Shown here in pieces: positions 34,216-46,374 of a stretch of DNA of 64,000 bases. The notes below the pieces were generated by a model. The model was given only the letters and a program-made list of their open reading frames with translations, had not been told where the DNA came from and did not search any database. Positions within the stretch are counted from its first letter, which is position 1. Each line of letters starts with the position of its first letter. The position numbers were made by a program, and so were the translations under genes. This DNA is from Antechinus flavipes (lineage: Eukaryota), in the NCBI RefSeq assembly GCF_016432865.1, contig NC_067403.1:264058001-264122000 (forward strand), read 5' to 3'.

Positions 34216-35090
34216 CTCTGTCCGCCTTTGTTCTTCGCAGCGGCCTGGGATGGGGCTTCCCAGGCGGGCCCGGCTCCGCACCCTTAGTCCGGGGGGCCCC
34301 AGCTGCTTTCTCGCCGCGGGAGCCGCGGCGGGAGCTGGACCGAGAGCAGCTGCAGCAGCGGCAGCAGCAGCGGCGGCCGCGCTGCGATGCTACCCACCGT
34401 GAAACGGGACGCGGACCGGCCGCCGGCAACCGGCCAATCATCGGTCTCTTTCTCCGGGCTAACCAACAGACGCCCAGAGGAGGCGGAGCCTTCTGGGGTT
34501 AGGCTGCACCTAGCGTTCATCTCCACGCCAACGCGCAAACATCCACCTGGCGGACGGAACTATCAACGGCCGGGCTGAGGGGGAGGTTTGGTAGCGCGGC
34601 CTCCTATCGCTCGGACCTCGTATTCCCAGAACTCGGACCTTGCCGGCGGATGGGCTATTCCCTAAATCTGTGTGGCTGCGTCCTATGTGGTAGCGAGTCT
34701 AGGAGCCGGGCGGCTAGGAATCGAAGCGAGATCTCAGCTTACCCCCTTGCCAGGGATGGTCCCTCCCCAGCGGGACTGAGGGGCGGTGGCTGCGGGCAGG
34801 AGGCGGGAGGGATGCTGAGGATGGACCAGGGAGGAGGGAGAAGGATGGAGGATGGAGGATGCTCAGAGGTACTGGCAGGCCTTTCTAAGCTCAACCAGAC
34901 CAGGAAGCCTCTGCCCGGGGATGGACCGTTCCCGCCCAGCAAGCCCGGGATCTGCTGATCGGGATTTCCATTTATGCGCGTGTATCGGCAGGAAAATCGC
35001 GGGACGATCCCCGAGCTCCATTCAGTGCCTGTGCGGGTTTGTGAGTGAGTGCGAAGGGCTCTGCGTGGATGTGTGTGTGTGTGTGGGGGG

Positions 35091-35560
35091 GGGGGGCAGA
35101 TCTGTGCGAATCTGTGTATAGATGTGCGGGTCCGTGTTTGGGGATGCAAGTCTATGTATGGGGGTGCAGATCTATGCAAGTCTGTGTGTGGATGTACAGG
35201 TCCGTGTTTGGGGATGCAAGTCTATATATGGGGGTGCAGATCTGTGCGAGTCTGTGTGTGGATGTGGTTTGGGGTGCAGGTCTATGCGAGATTGTGTGTG
35301 GATATGCGGGTCCATGTTTGGGGGTGCAGGTCTATATATAGGGGTGCAGATCTATGCGAGTCTGTGTGTAGATGTGGTTTGGGGTGCAGATTTATGCGAG
35401 TCTGTGTGGATGTGCAGGTCCGTGTTTGGGGGTTCAGGTCTATGTATGGGGGTGTAGATCTGTACTAGTGTGTGGATGTGCGAGTCTGGGTTTGGGGTGC
35501 AGGTCTATGTGATTATGTGGATATGCGGGTAGTATTTGGGGATGCTGGTCTGTGTGAGTC
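35091..35560. repeat. Degenerate GT-rich tandem repeat built of 10-bp modules (70-, 40- and 110-bp periods)
   Basis: GGGGTGCAGA/TCTATGCGAG/TCTGTGTGTG/GATGTGCAGG/TCCGTGTTTG blocks recur in 10-bp register. Confidence 0.8.
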
Positions 35561-36472
35561 TGTGTGTGAGTGTGTGGGGCTGTATCTAAGTGTCCATCTG
35601 CAGTGGGACCTCAGAACCACCAGCAGTGGGGTGAGCCTGTTAGGTGGGACCAGAAGACTTCGAATTCACGATTCCCTGACTTAACCCTTTACAGCACCTG
35701 GCAAGAAGATGACTTGATACAATTCAGCCAACATGTCTCAGTCCTTATTGTGTACTAGGTCTGGAGTTTCTATCTGTCTCTAGCATATGTCCTGGGCACT
35801 CTGCTGAGCATGGGTATACAAAAGTGAAAGAGAAAGAGGCCCTTCCCTGGAGGAGATTCCACCTGTCCATAAGATGAGTCCATGGGTAAGCAGACACTCG
35901 GTGCTTTGGGGACAGGAGACAAGGCCAGGATGTGGCCCGCAAGTGGGACCTTGAAGGAAGAGAAGGGTTTCAACAGGTGGAGAGAGAGGTGCTCTTCCAT
36001 TGGGCCAAAGATGTCCCCAGTGAATTCAGTACTTGTTAAGCACCTATTCTGTCCCAGGCACTCTATTTGGCGCTCAGAATACAAAGAAAAATAAAGCAGT
36101 CCCTGCTGTCAGGGACAGCCAGGGAGCAAGGAAAGACTGAAGGTAAGTGAAAGAGTTGGGGGTGACAGCTGACGAGCTGCTGGAGGACCCAGGCTGGACT
36201 GGGATTACTGGGCAACCCTGAGGGCTGTGCTTGGGCCCAACCATCTCTGTGTGTCTGCGATGGGTGGAGGAGCAGGTCATAGAAAGTGGATAAGTGGAAG
36301 AGCTGAAGTTAGGATATTAGAAGGACTGTTAATATTTAGGTTGAATGTTTTACCTGACTTCACATGTGTTAATATGATGCTTGTTTTCTCTCTGGATGTG
36401 GGAGGGGCAGAAGGAGGGAGAGAATCTGGAACTCAAAATGTAGACAAAAAGACTCCAAAACAAATAAATGGA

Positions 36473-36474
<2 letters not shown>

Positions 36475-36517
<43 letters not shown>
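36475..36517. repeat. (AC)n microsatellite
   Basis: ~21 perfect units. Confidence 0.98.
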
Positions 36518-36520
<3 letters not shown>

Positions 36521-36689
36521 GTGTTCAGAGAAGACTAGTACTTCAGGTGTGAGGGCTGCCACCTTTTCGGCTTTGGGATCCACCTGCCACCCAACTCTCA
36601 CCCATGGCTCCAAGAAGCCCCACATCCAAACCATTTCAGCAGATGAGCTAAACTAGGTTGAGGGTAACTGGGGGTCTTAAACCCATTGG

Positions 36690-37470
36690 TGAGTTAGAAA
36701 GTTTCTAACCCAAATGTGGGAAGATTTCCCCCATCAGAATGAATGGATGAGGATGGTTTGTTCCAGTGGCCACGGAGGAGCGCTTAGTCGGACATGGGAG
36801 ATGCTCTGCTCATCCTTATCTGGGGTCATCACCAGTTTTGACTTGACCTGCCACTGGACAGGGATGACTCTGAAAGAGAAAGAATCTGCCGCTCTGCTTG
36901 AATCCAATCTGTCCCATACATTTTTTTACCACTACTGCTACAACAAATGGAAAAGTTTTGGATGCTGTAAAAAAGTTCATCTACCTTGGCAGTTCACTGA
37001 TAATGAGGTTGACACACACGTTGCCAGAGCTAGCTCAGTATTGGGGAAGCTCCAAAGGAAAGTGTGGGAGAGAAGTATCAGACTGACCACCAAACTGAAG
37101 GTCTACAGAGCCATTGCGCTGACCGGTACGCCGGTGAATTTGTTGGACGCAAGGGAAATTCCAACAGCACCATATCAGGAAACCAACTGCTTCTATTTGA
37201 GCTGTCTCGGGAAGACTCTGAAGATCGTCCAGCAGGAGGAGGACTCGGGCTCTTCGCTGGCACTACCAAGCATTCCAGCTCTGCTGCAGAGAGTGTGACT
37301 CCCGATGGCTGGACTTGCTGTTTGCCTCAAAGACTAGTTTATGGAGAACTGGCAAGGCAAGGCAAATACTTACACAGAGCTCAGGAGACACTAAGAACTT
37401 TGGGATCGTGCCCCACGGGAGGTGCTGGCACAGGATTGCACAGCATGATGTGCCCGCAGCTGTGCTAAAA
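36690..37470 (+). mobile_element. RTE-clade LINE fragment
   Basis: KFIYLGS..EVDTHVARASSVLGKLQRKVWERSIRLTTKLKVYRAI typical of the RTE ORF C-terminal region. Confidence 0.8.
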
Positions 37471-40267
37471 CGACTGATTCAGAAAGGTTTTACACGATTG
37501 TGACATATCAGATTGCTCACTGCCTCAGGAAGGAGGAGGGGAGGGAGGAAGGGATAGACTTTCAAACTCAAAACAACATGTTAAATTTGTTCTTGCAATT
37601 AAGGGAAAATTAAAGTATTATTTTTAAAAAAGAAGCCTCATACTCTATGAACAAAGCAGAATTGCAATAGCTCAAAAGTTACATGAGATGCAAAAATTAA
37701 GAGACATCTCCCTCCCAAAGGTTTACATGAACGATTTGTGTCCAAGCTGTGGTTAAGCCTTCCAAGCTCTGATTGTGTGATCAGCCACAGTTGGACATCC
37801 CAATGTTGTGGTGTCATGTCAGTCCTGTTGGAGAACGAAAGACAACAACCCAGCGATACACGGTTTATACAAAGTAAATGGAAATTGTGTGTATGGGCAG
37901 TGGAGCAGGGTACACCCTAACGCGTGGGGAAGCAGGAAAGACCTTGTATTGGAGGTAAAAACAGGGAAGATACCAGCCTGGGCAAAGGCATGGAGGTAAT
38001 AATTCCTCTTTTTTAGCCTCTTTTAGGCTAGTTCAGCTTTGAACTGAGATATCTAGAGAGGGAGTAAAGTGGAATCAGAAATGTATCTTGGAGCCATTGA
38101 GAGCAAAAGGCTCTCTTAAAGCAAATGAATTTGTGTTTGATCCTTGAAGCAACAGGAGATGTGCTCATAGGTGAGCTTTAGAAAAGTATTTTGGCAGCTG
38201 TGTGGAGGATGGATTGAAGAAGTGAGATGACAGTCTATTGCAGTGATCAGAGCTCGAGGTGATGAAGGATTGACTTCAACGGCTGCTGGGGAACTAGCAT
38301 GGAGGCAGAAGGATGAGATGTGGATAATGAGACAGCAATACCCAGAAATATGATTGGACAAATACGCAGGAGCGGGAGGGACCAGTAAAGGGTAATCCAG
38401 AGAGTGGAGTGTCTGAGCCTGAGTTCAAATGTAGCCCCAGACACTTTCCATGTCTTCCTATGGACCCTGGGCATATCACTCTGTTTGCCTCAGTTTCCTC
38501 AACTGCCAAATGGGTATAATTCACTCTTCCAAGCATCGTTGTGAGGATCAGACCTGGCTCGTAGTAGAACATATATGAATGCTGGTTTCCTTCCCTCTCT
38601 CTCCCTCCCCAGAAATGCAGTTCAGAACTTGGAGGAAGGGAAGAAGATGGAATGATCAGATATCCAATAGTCAGCTGGTGATGTAAGGCTGGAGTTCCTG
38701 ACTATCAATCTGAGAGTCATCAGCAGAGAGATTTTACTTGATCTCATGGGATCTGATGAGATCTCCAGTGTAGAGAGATCACTAAATCATCCAGGCCTGT
38801 GAGATCCTCACAGCTAGCGGCCAGTCAGTCAGTAAACATTTATTAAGCACCTATTAGCTGCCAGACAGTGTGCTAAGTTGTAGGGATATAAAAAAGAGCC
38901 TACAGGAAGCTCACAATCTGACAGGGGAGACAATGCATAGACAACTATGTACAAACCCACCATTCACAAGAGACATAAGAAAGAGCAGAGAGAAAGGGCT
39001 AGAATTAATGGGGCTTATGAGTAGCTTCCTATCAAAGATGAGATTTTAGCTGGGATTTGAAGGGAGCACAAGAAGAACTTTTTGTCCACCACTTTTTTTG
39101 TACTGAGTAGGGAGAGCCTTCCATGCAGGAGTTCTGAGCAGATGCCCAGAATTGGGGATGGTTTGTTTTGTGAGAGGAAGAGTAGGACGATTTAATGGAG
39201 GGAATAGACTCTCTTTGGGAGTCCCAAGTCATTTTGCCAGACTGGCTGTCGCAGCTTCATTGAGAATGATTCTGTATGCCCTCAGTTTCTTCAATAAGGA
39301 GAATTGTCCTCTTACATCATCTTTGTTAAGTTGATGGGTGTGACATAGAGTGTCAGAGTTGCTCTAGCTGCCATTTCTTTTCTTTTTTTAAATGATGAAT
39401 TCAGTATAAAAATTTATTTCAATGCTTAAAAATTATAAATGCTTGTACACATTTAGTCAATCAAGAATTAAACCACTGCACATACACGGGTCATGAAAAC
39501 AGTGTTTGGGAGCTTCTTTACCACAACAACACAATGAATGATGTGGAACTTTCTTGCACTGAGTATCATTAACTGGAAAGTCAGCATTTTATATATTAAA
39601 TGATTTTATTAGTTAATTTTAAAAACACAAGTGTAATTGAATACAACACAATAGCTAGCAGAATGTATTAAGATGGTTGTCTTTTTCACTCATTTATCAC
39701 TGCTTTTGTATCACTATCACTATCACCCTCTTCCCAAACTTCTCCATTGTAACAGACGCTTTTTCTTGGGATGGATCAAAGTCTACCAGTTCAACCTGAT
39801 CTATTTTTCAGTATTCTCTATTTCCTTTCTTGCGGGCAGTAACTTTACCAACAAAAATGGCTTCTCTGATGAAAGAAAGCCATTCTCTTGGAAGTTTATT
39901 CGATGATTAGAATCCCTTTCTTCTTTCCCTTCTATTATTGGTAATAAACTGGCTTGCCTTCATTTAGCCACAATTGATATCTCTGTCTTTGATAACAAGT
40001 GATGACTATGGTTCTACTATCAAGAACTGGTAGGGTTTCTGAAAGCTACACAATATTTCAACCAAATAGGTATCCATGCACCTTTAAAGTACATGTCCTT
40101 TGTCCTTTAAAGACAGCATTTTGTGTTTCTGATAAAAAAAATAACGATAGTATCTCCTGGCTCCTGGTCCCTTTCACCATGGAATTTAATCATCTTATCT
40201 TTCATGCCCTTGTCAATATGAACCTTCAGAATCTTTTTCTGTCCCATAATTTTTTTTCTGTTATGGC

Positions 40268-40411
40268 TTTTTTTTTTTTTTTTGGCTGAGGCAATTGGGG
40301 TTAAGTAACTTGCCCAGGGTCACACAGCTAGGAAGTGTTAAATGTCTGAGGTCAAATTTGAACTCAGGTCCTCCTGACTGGTACTCTATCCATTATGCCA
40401 TCTACTTGCCC
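40268..40411 (-). mobile_element. WSINE1-like CORE-SINE
   Basis: Poly-T then GGCTGAGGCAATTGGGGTTAAGT..CCCAGGGTCACACAGCTAGG..GAACTCAGGTCCTCC. Confidence 0.8.
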
Positions 40412-40593
40412 TGGCAACATGCCCTAGTTACATGTCAAAAAATATTTTAGTATTTATTTTTACAAGGTTTTGAGTTCCAAATGTTTCTCTCTCCCTCCCT
40501 TCTTTCCCCTTTTTTTGAATATGATAGATAATTTGATATAGTTTATACATGTACTATCATGTAAATCATATTTCCATATTAATAACCGTTGTG

Positions 40594-40962
40594 TGTAATG
40601 TCCGGACTAGCTTTCTGGAGGGCCTTGGAATCAGCCTTGGTCTCAGCAGAATAATCACCATGAGAATAGTCAGGAATAAAGTCCAAAATCTTTATTGTTT
40701 CTTTCAGTCTCCCAGTCTGAACCAGTCTCCGCACATGCAGGAGGTAGGAGAGCCATCACGAGGATAGTCTCTCTTCCAGTCCTTGTTGACCCTTATATAC
40801 CTTATTGTAATTATATCATTACAGCATACTGATTATGTGTGAACTTAGAGAATTACATCACCATGCTAAGTATATATGGGAACTAGAGAACCATCATCTC
40901 ATCAATTCCACTGAGTTAACACCTTGTTTCAAGTGTACTTCTCCAAAGTTCCGACCTCTACA
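40594..40962 (-). mobile_element. Solo LTR (ERV), 369 bp
   Basis: TG...CA termini, TATATAAG and AATAAA on minus, 6-bp TSD GTTGTG/ATTGTG, splits an L1 3' fragment. Confidence 0.85.
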
Positions 40963-43900
40963 ATTGTGAAAGAAGAAACAAATGAAAAGAAAAAAAAAAA
41001 AACAAGGAAGAATAAAGTGAATGAAAAAATATGCTTTGATGTGAATTCCAAATTCATCAGTTCTTCCTCTCCTTATGGATTGAATTTTTCATCATGAATC
41101 CTTTGTATTTGACTTGGATCATTGTGTTGCTGAGAAGAGCCGAGTCATAGATATAGGTATATAATATATATATTCATATGTATATTATCATATATGTAGT
41201 GGTATATAATATATACACATATATATTTATAGAGTGTACTACCATCACAGCTTCTACATCTATCTTTAGGGTGGATTCTTTCCCCTTGCCCTTAGCATTC
41301 CACGCTAACTGGTTGAATTAGTGAAGCATTCCAGATCCTACCTGAGAATTCTTTTTTACATCCTAGCACCTGGAACATCTGAACTTCACAAAGTCATTCA
41401 CAAATGAACTTCCTTTGCAAAGTCAGTTTTCCTGTTGCACCATTGTAGTAGAAATCTTCTAAGCTCACCTACAATGGATGGGCAACCTTTTGAGCTCATT
41501 TCCTCTGTGTTTTTCTTTATTCTCTAAAAAACATGGGAGAACCAAAACCACAGCTGGAATTACAGTCTGATGGCTTGTTTTCCACTTGTGTCCCATAAGT
41601 CTCTTTTCTTCTCATCACAAAGCACTTTGTAAGCTTACGATAGTATTTCAATTTTTCTCCTTCATTTAGATATTTATCCAGATGGTATTTCAAGATTAGT
41701 TTCCTCTTTGCCTTTTTTAGTTCTTCCTGGGAGGCATTAGGTTTTACACCCAAAATGTTATTTTAAGTCATTTCTTTCACCATTTTTTTAATAACCATGG
41801 AGTGGGGCTGGTGGGGTCTACTGGGCTCTGTGTTCCCCACTGCTGGGGGGAGGGGTGAAGACAATATTGGGGAAGCTGGTGAAAAGAAGAGAAGGAAACA
41901 GGATGAGTTCTAGGGCAACCTAATATGCATTTCTTTAATTACTTCCCTTGACTCTTCTTTAGGACCAAGCCTGGTCATTTAGATTTATGGTATTCTTTCC
42001 ATTTACTTTGTTACATATTTCGACTATCTCCAAATTAGATTGTAACCTTTTTGAGGGCAGGAACTGTTTGTATCCCAGTGCTCAGCAGCTAGGCACATAG
42101 GAAGCGCTATTGGCTGTTGACTATTAAGAAAGTGTTAATGATGCATTACAAGAGTATGGTAGGCTAAATCCCTCCGCCTTCCCCAGTTGCTGCATATTTA
42201 TTAGTATTCCCCAGTTTGAGTTCATTATATTTATGGCACCCTTAGAGCACAGTAAAAGATTCCATTATATTTCTGGCCTGTAGCTAATTTATGGGAAGAT
42301 GTTAACTTTGTTAGCGTTTCCTTGCTATTGTATCAAGTGCTGCTTTTCTTTAAGGGGTGGGGTGTGAGTTGGGAAGGAAGGAGCCCATACGGGAGAAGAA
42401 ACTCAGTATCAGAGGCAGCTGGAAGGGCCGGAGCGGAGGGGAGCAGGGCTACCTTTTGAAGGATGGGGGGTAGGTGAAGGAAGAAGCAGAACAAAGCACT
42501 GAAGGAAAGGGATGTGTGTTGGAAAGGACTGGGGGGGAATAGAAGGGCAGAACAACAGCCACAGGAAGGGTGACTATAAGTAAGGAGGAGTCGTCAGACA
42601 GCAGGAGGCTCCCGCCGAGACGAGGTTCTCAGAAAATCCACTCAGAAAAGTCACAGGATTTCCTCCTGGGTTGTGAGTTGGCTCTTAAAGGTGACTCGCA
42701 CTGGGGGGTCCATTAGGTGGTTTATTAAGTACCTACTATGTGCCAGGCTCTAGGCACAGGACAAGGAGCACCCTGTCTAATGAAGGCGCCTCCGTGCAGA
42801 CAGGTGCAAACCAGACACAGACGGGACGAACAGGAAGTAATAGAGGAAAGGTCCGGAAACGAAACGGGCTTGCGAAAGGCTCCTTGAGGAAGGCAGGAAT
42901 TTAAGCCAGGAGACCACCAGATTGAGAAGAGTGTTCCGGGCCTGGAGGAGCCAGAGAGGGAGAGTTTTGCCGGAGAAATGGTCAGGAAGCCGGGGTGGAT
43001 GGAAGAGAACCTGGTAGTGAGAACGGAGCTCCTTGAGGACAGTAATAGGGAACCCCTGGAGTTTCCTGAGCAGGGTCTGGGGCTGGGAGGGGTCACTTCC
43101 TTGGCTTTTCCCAAGATGGCCACCAGAGGGCGCCAAGAGATCGAATGCCGGGACTCTCCAGCGGTGGGTGAGAAATTGACTCCTGGCTGGGGGGTGGGGG
43201 TGGAGGAGGGGCTGCAACAGGAAATCTGTAATTGTATGATCTCGGTTTATCTGTAACACGCATAGAGACGACGCTTAACTTAATCCAGTTAGAAACGTGG
43301 TTAGCAGAAGTAACTTCCTTCTTAATCCGAATTCTTTTGGGTTACAGATGAAATTGTCAGAGTCAAGGGTTAAAAGACTGATGTAGATATTTGTAAAAAA
43401 GCATTTAGGAATCTGCGAGGACGCAAACGTGATGCTCGTTCTCTGGGCAGCTGAGCTGTTAAAAGGTCGTCCGTGAAAGCCAGAATGCGCGCGCTGCCCC
43501 GCTCGCAGCTTGAAGTAATTACGCTTCCGAAGGCGCGCCAGCGCCGACTCTCCAACAACTGAGCCACTGGCTTAAAGCGTCAGGGTCCAGCCCAAGCTCG
43601 GGACCGGAGATGCGCCTCCAGCCCTCCCCCCTCCCCCCCGAGCCCAAAGCTTAAGAATTGCTTCAAAGCCTTAAACTTCTCGGTCTAACTACAGATGTAG
43701 TCGCTTAGCGTCAGGTTGTTTCAGGCTAAGAGAGCCCTCAGCTCGGGGCCTCCCTCGTCATCTATCAGACACTGTGCGCAGCTGGGGTCTCCACGCTGCC
43801 TTTACCAGAGCTAGTGTAGGACACCCACTGCACTAATTGTCTCCGTGGCCCCTGCCAGCATCAGACCCCACTGCCCAGAGCCTTCTGTCCGAGCCCCCGC

Positions 43901-45988
43901 CAATCCTCGACCTAGAAGCTGAATGAGAAACTTAACAACTATGGCTCTTAATATTTAGCCTATTTTGAGTTCACGTAATAATTACAGTTGGGACCTAAAC
44001 TGGTCAAGCTTCATAGTATTTCCTAAGACTGTTCATTTTGTTGTTTGCCTTTTATTTTTGAAGAGGACCAATGGCATCATGGGGTGATGACTTGGAAGTG
44101 AATTAGATTTAAGTCGGGCAGATCTGCACAAAGTTGCCAGCCTCTCTCTCTTCCTGAGTCTTCAAAGTCCGGTGCAGGACACAAGTCAAGAGGCCCGACA
44201 GGTCATGGCTGGGATGCAGTGGATGATCCTGGCAGATCTGATGTCTGACCAAGGTCTAAGTGGCCACTTCAGCTGCTTCAAGGTTTGTTCTCCCGTGCCT
44301 ATTCCAATGGGGGGAAAATCTTCCTGTGCGTGGGATAGACACCCCCCCCACTCACCCACAGGCTTGAGGCCCTTGAGTTATCCTTACTTTGGTTTATTTA
44401 GCCTCTCTTCAGAGCTATTGGCTTTGGCCACTGCAGGTACTATATCTTCTGGGACTCACAGGTGAGAGTTATGCGGCAGGTAGACGGAGCTGCAGCAGCC
44501 TTGAAAAGAACTCAACGAGTCCTCAGCTGGAGTGCTGGTCCTCCTGAGCACCTCATACACCCTTGCTATAAGTGCATGCTTCTATTGTGAAACTTAGTAA
44601 TACCATTACTCTTAGGAGGGAAAAAGACTTGCAATCTAGAAACTCGCAATGTTAGAAACTCAGTTGTTAGAGTTGTCTGAAAGCTCCTAGTTTGTTAAAT
44701 ATATTTGATTTCATTAGGGTTATATTGATGGTTTCAGGACATTTATTTATTATTTTATCTGATAAGAGTTTGAAACTTTTGAGATTTGGACACAGCTCTA
44801 AGTTTGTTTCAGTTCTGTAGTGCTGGAATGGGAAAACTTTAAAATCAGCTTATTTTAGGAAAGTTAATTCTACTTGAGTTTATTTAGCTGTATTAAAGCC
44901 ACATCTTAACTTGGTAGCAAAAGCTTTCATCTGCTGGAGATTTGGGGTGTGATCACCACATGAGTTAAAAAGCACCCTGTGGCATCAACCCTCAGCCATA
45001 CTGGTTTTTAGCAAGCCTTTCATTTGAAGGACTGAGAAGGGTGACCTCAAGCACTTTGGCCCATCCCACGATTTATTTCTCCAAGGCTGCAGGCATTTCT
45101 CCAGGTCTTTGGTAATTGCAGAATATGGTTTTTGAGAAAACAAGATCCCCTCTTGTATTACAATCTTCTTTACTAAGTTTATATTATTGTAACAGCATAT
45201 GGAATGACCCTAACCCTAACCTGCCATTGACACCAAATTAGAGGAACATTTTCCCCCATCACTACAGCTATGTCCCTCTTTTCCTTGTGTGACAAATTTT
45301 TATAATCATGGCAGGTGGTCAGTAGAAGATCTGAATATAATACTCACTCTATTATCTAAAAAACTGAAGTTGAAACACATATAAGTTATAAGATACAAGT
45401 ATACAGTCTGAAGTAACAGCCATTCATTAGCTTAAACAACTAAGTAGATGAGTTCTTAGCTTTGTCATTTGCCTTTCAACTTGGTACCTATAGCATTTTC
45501 TGAAATGCAACAAATTACACAGGAGTGAAGTACCAGAGGGGGTGCGATTAGGAGAAGCCTTTGTTGGCTGGCCAGTATAAATTTAGATTACCTTTTGGAG
45601 GGCCCGAATGATCAGATGTCTTGACCCTGTATGGTGGTGGGGGTTGTAAGGAGGGAAATCTTAGACCCTGGGATGAATAACTTAGTTCTTTTACCTCACC
45701 AAGGCACCTCACACTGTGGACTCCCTTGAGGACTGCGTGATTTTGGCTGGACCTAATGAGATGACACGAAGTCAGGACAAATGTAAATGTGACATTGTGC
45801 CCAAACCTTCACTGCACATGAGATGGGGGAGGCTCAGAGAGGCATCGGTTTCATGCAGTTGGTGTTGGTTTTGTGATCCTGACTCCCTGGAGGAGGTGCT
45901 GGATGTGGAGGCTGCTGCCCTGGCTTGGTGATAGTGTGTTAACCTTAGGCCACCTGGGTGATCCTGGGCCAGTTATTTAAGATGACTT

Positions 45989-46374
45989 TTTTTTAAAAAA
46001 TAACTTCTTATTGACAGAACCCATGCCAGGGGTAATTTTTTTACATTATCCCTTGCACTCACTTCTGTTCCAATTTTTTCCCTCCCTCCCTCCACCCCCT
46101 CCCCGAGATGGCAAGCAGTCCTTTACATATTGAATAGGTTACAGTATATCCTAGATACAATCTATGTGTGCAGAACCGAACAGTTTTCTTGTTGCACAGG
46201 GAGAATTGGATTCAGAGGGTATAAATAACCTGGGAGGAAAAGCAAAAATGCAAGCAGTTTATATTCATTTCCCAGTATTCTTTCTTTGGGTGTAGCTGCT
46301 TCTGTCCATCCTTGATCAATTGAAACTGAATTAGCTCTCTTTATTGAAGAGATCCACTTCCATCAGAATACATC
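45989..46374 (-). mobile_element. 5'-truncated LINE-1 3' end with 12-bp TSD
   Basis: TTAAGATGACTT at 45977-45988 and 46375-46386; T-rich tail. Confidence 0.8.

Larger units (their letters stand above)
33480..34750. promoter_or_regulatory. CpG-island promoter / 5' leader of B4GALNT4
   Basis: Dense CpG, GCA/GCG repeats at ~34345-34380, CCAAT at 34434-34438, immediately upstream of the ATG. Confidence 0.7.
39374..41783 (-). pseudogene. DNAJA1: DNAJA1 processed pseudogene, interrupted by nested TEs (40259-41227)
   Basis: 5' part 41783-41228: [62 protein letters not shown]; 3' part ~40258-39700: [51 protein letters not shown]; intronless, many stops/frameshifts; AATAAA at 39418-39413 and A-rich tail 39389-39374. 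Confidence 0.9.

Noticed and set aside
33926-34441. E/K/R/G-rich ORFs upstream of B4GALNT4
   Set aside because: Product of the purine tract; not in a spliced frame with exon 1 by any donor I could find
43227-43986. Possible solo LTR (TGTAATT...AATTACA termini)
   Set aside because: No target-site duplication, PBS or clear TATA/poly(A) architecture
45208-45221. Telomere-like CCCTAACCCTAACC
   Set aside because: Only two units; expected by chance
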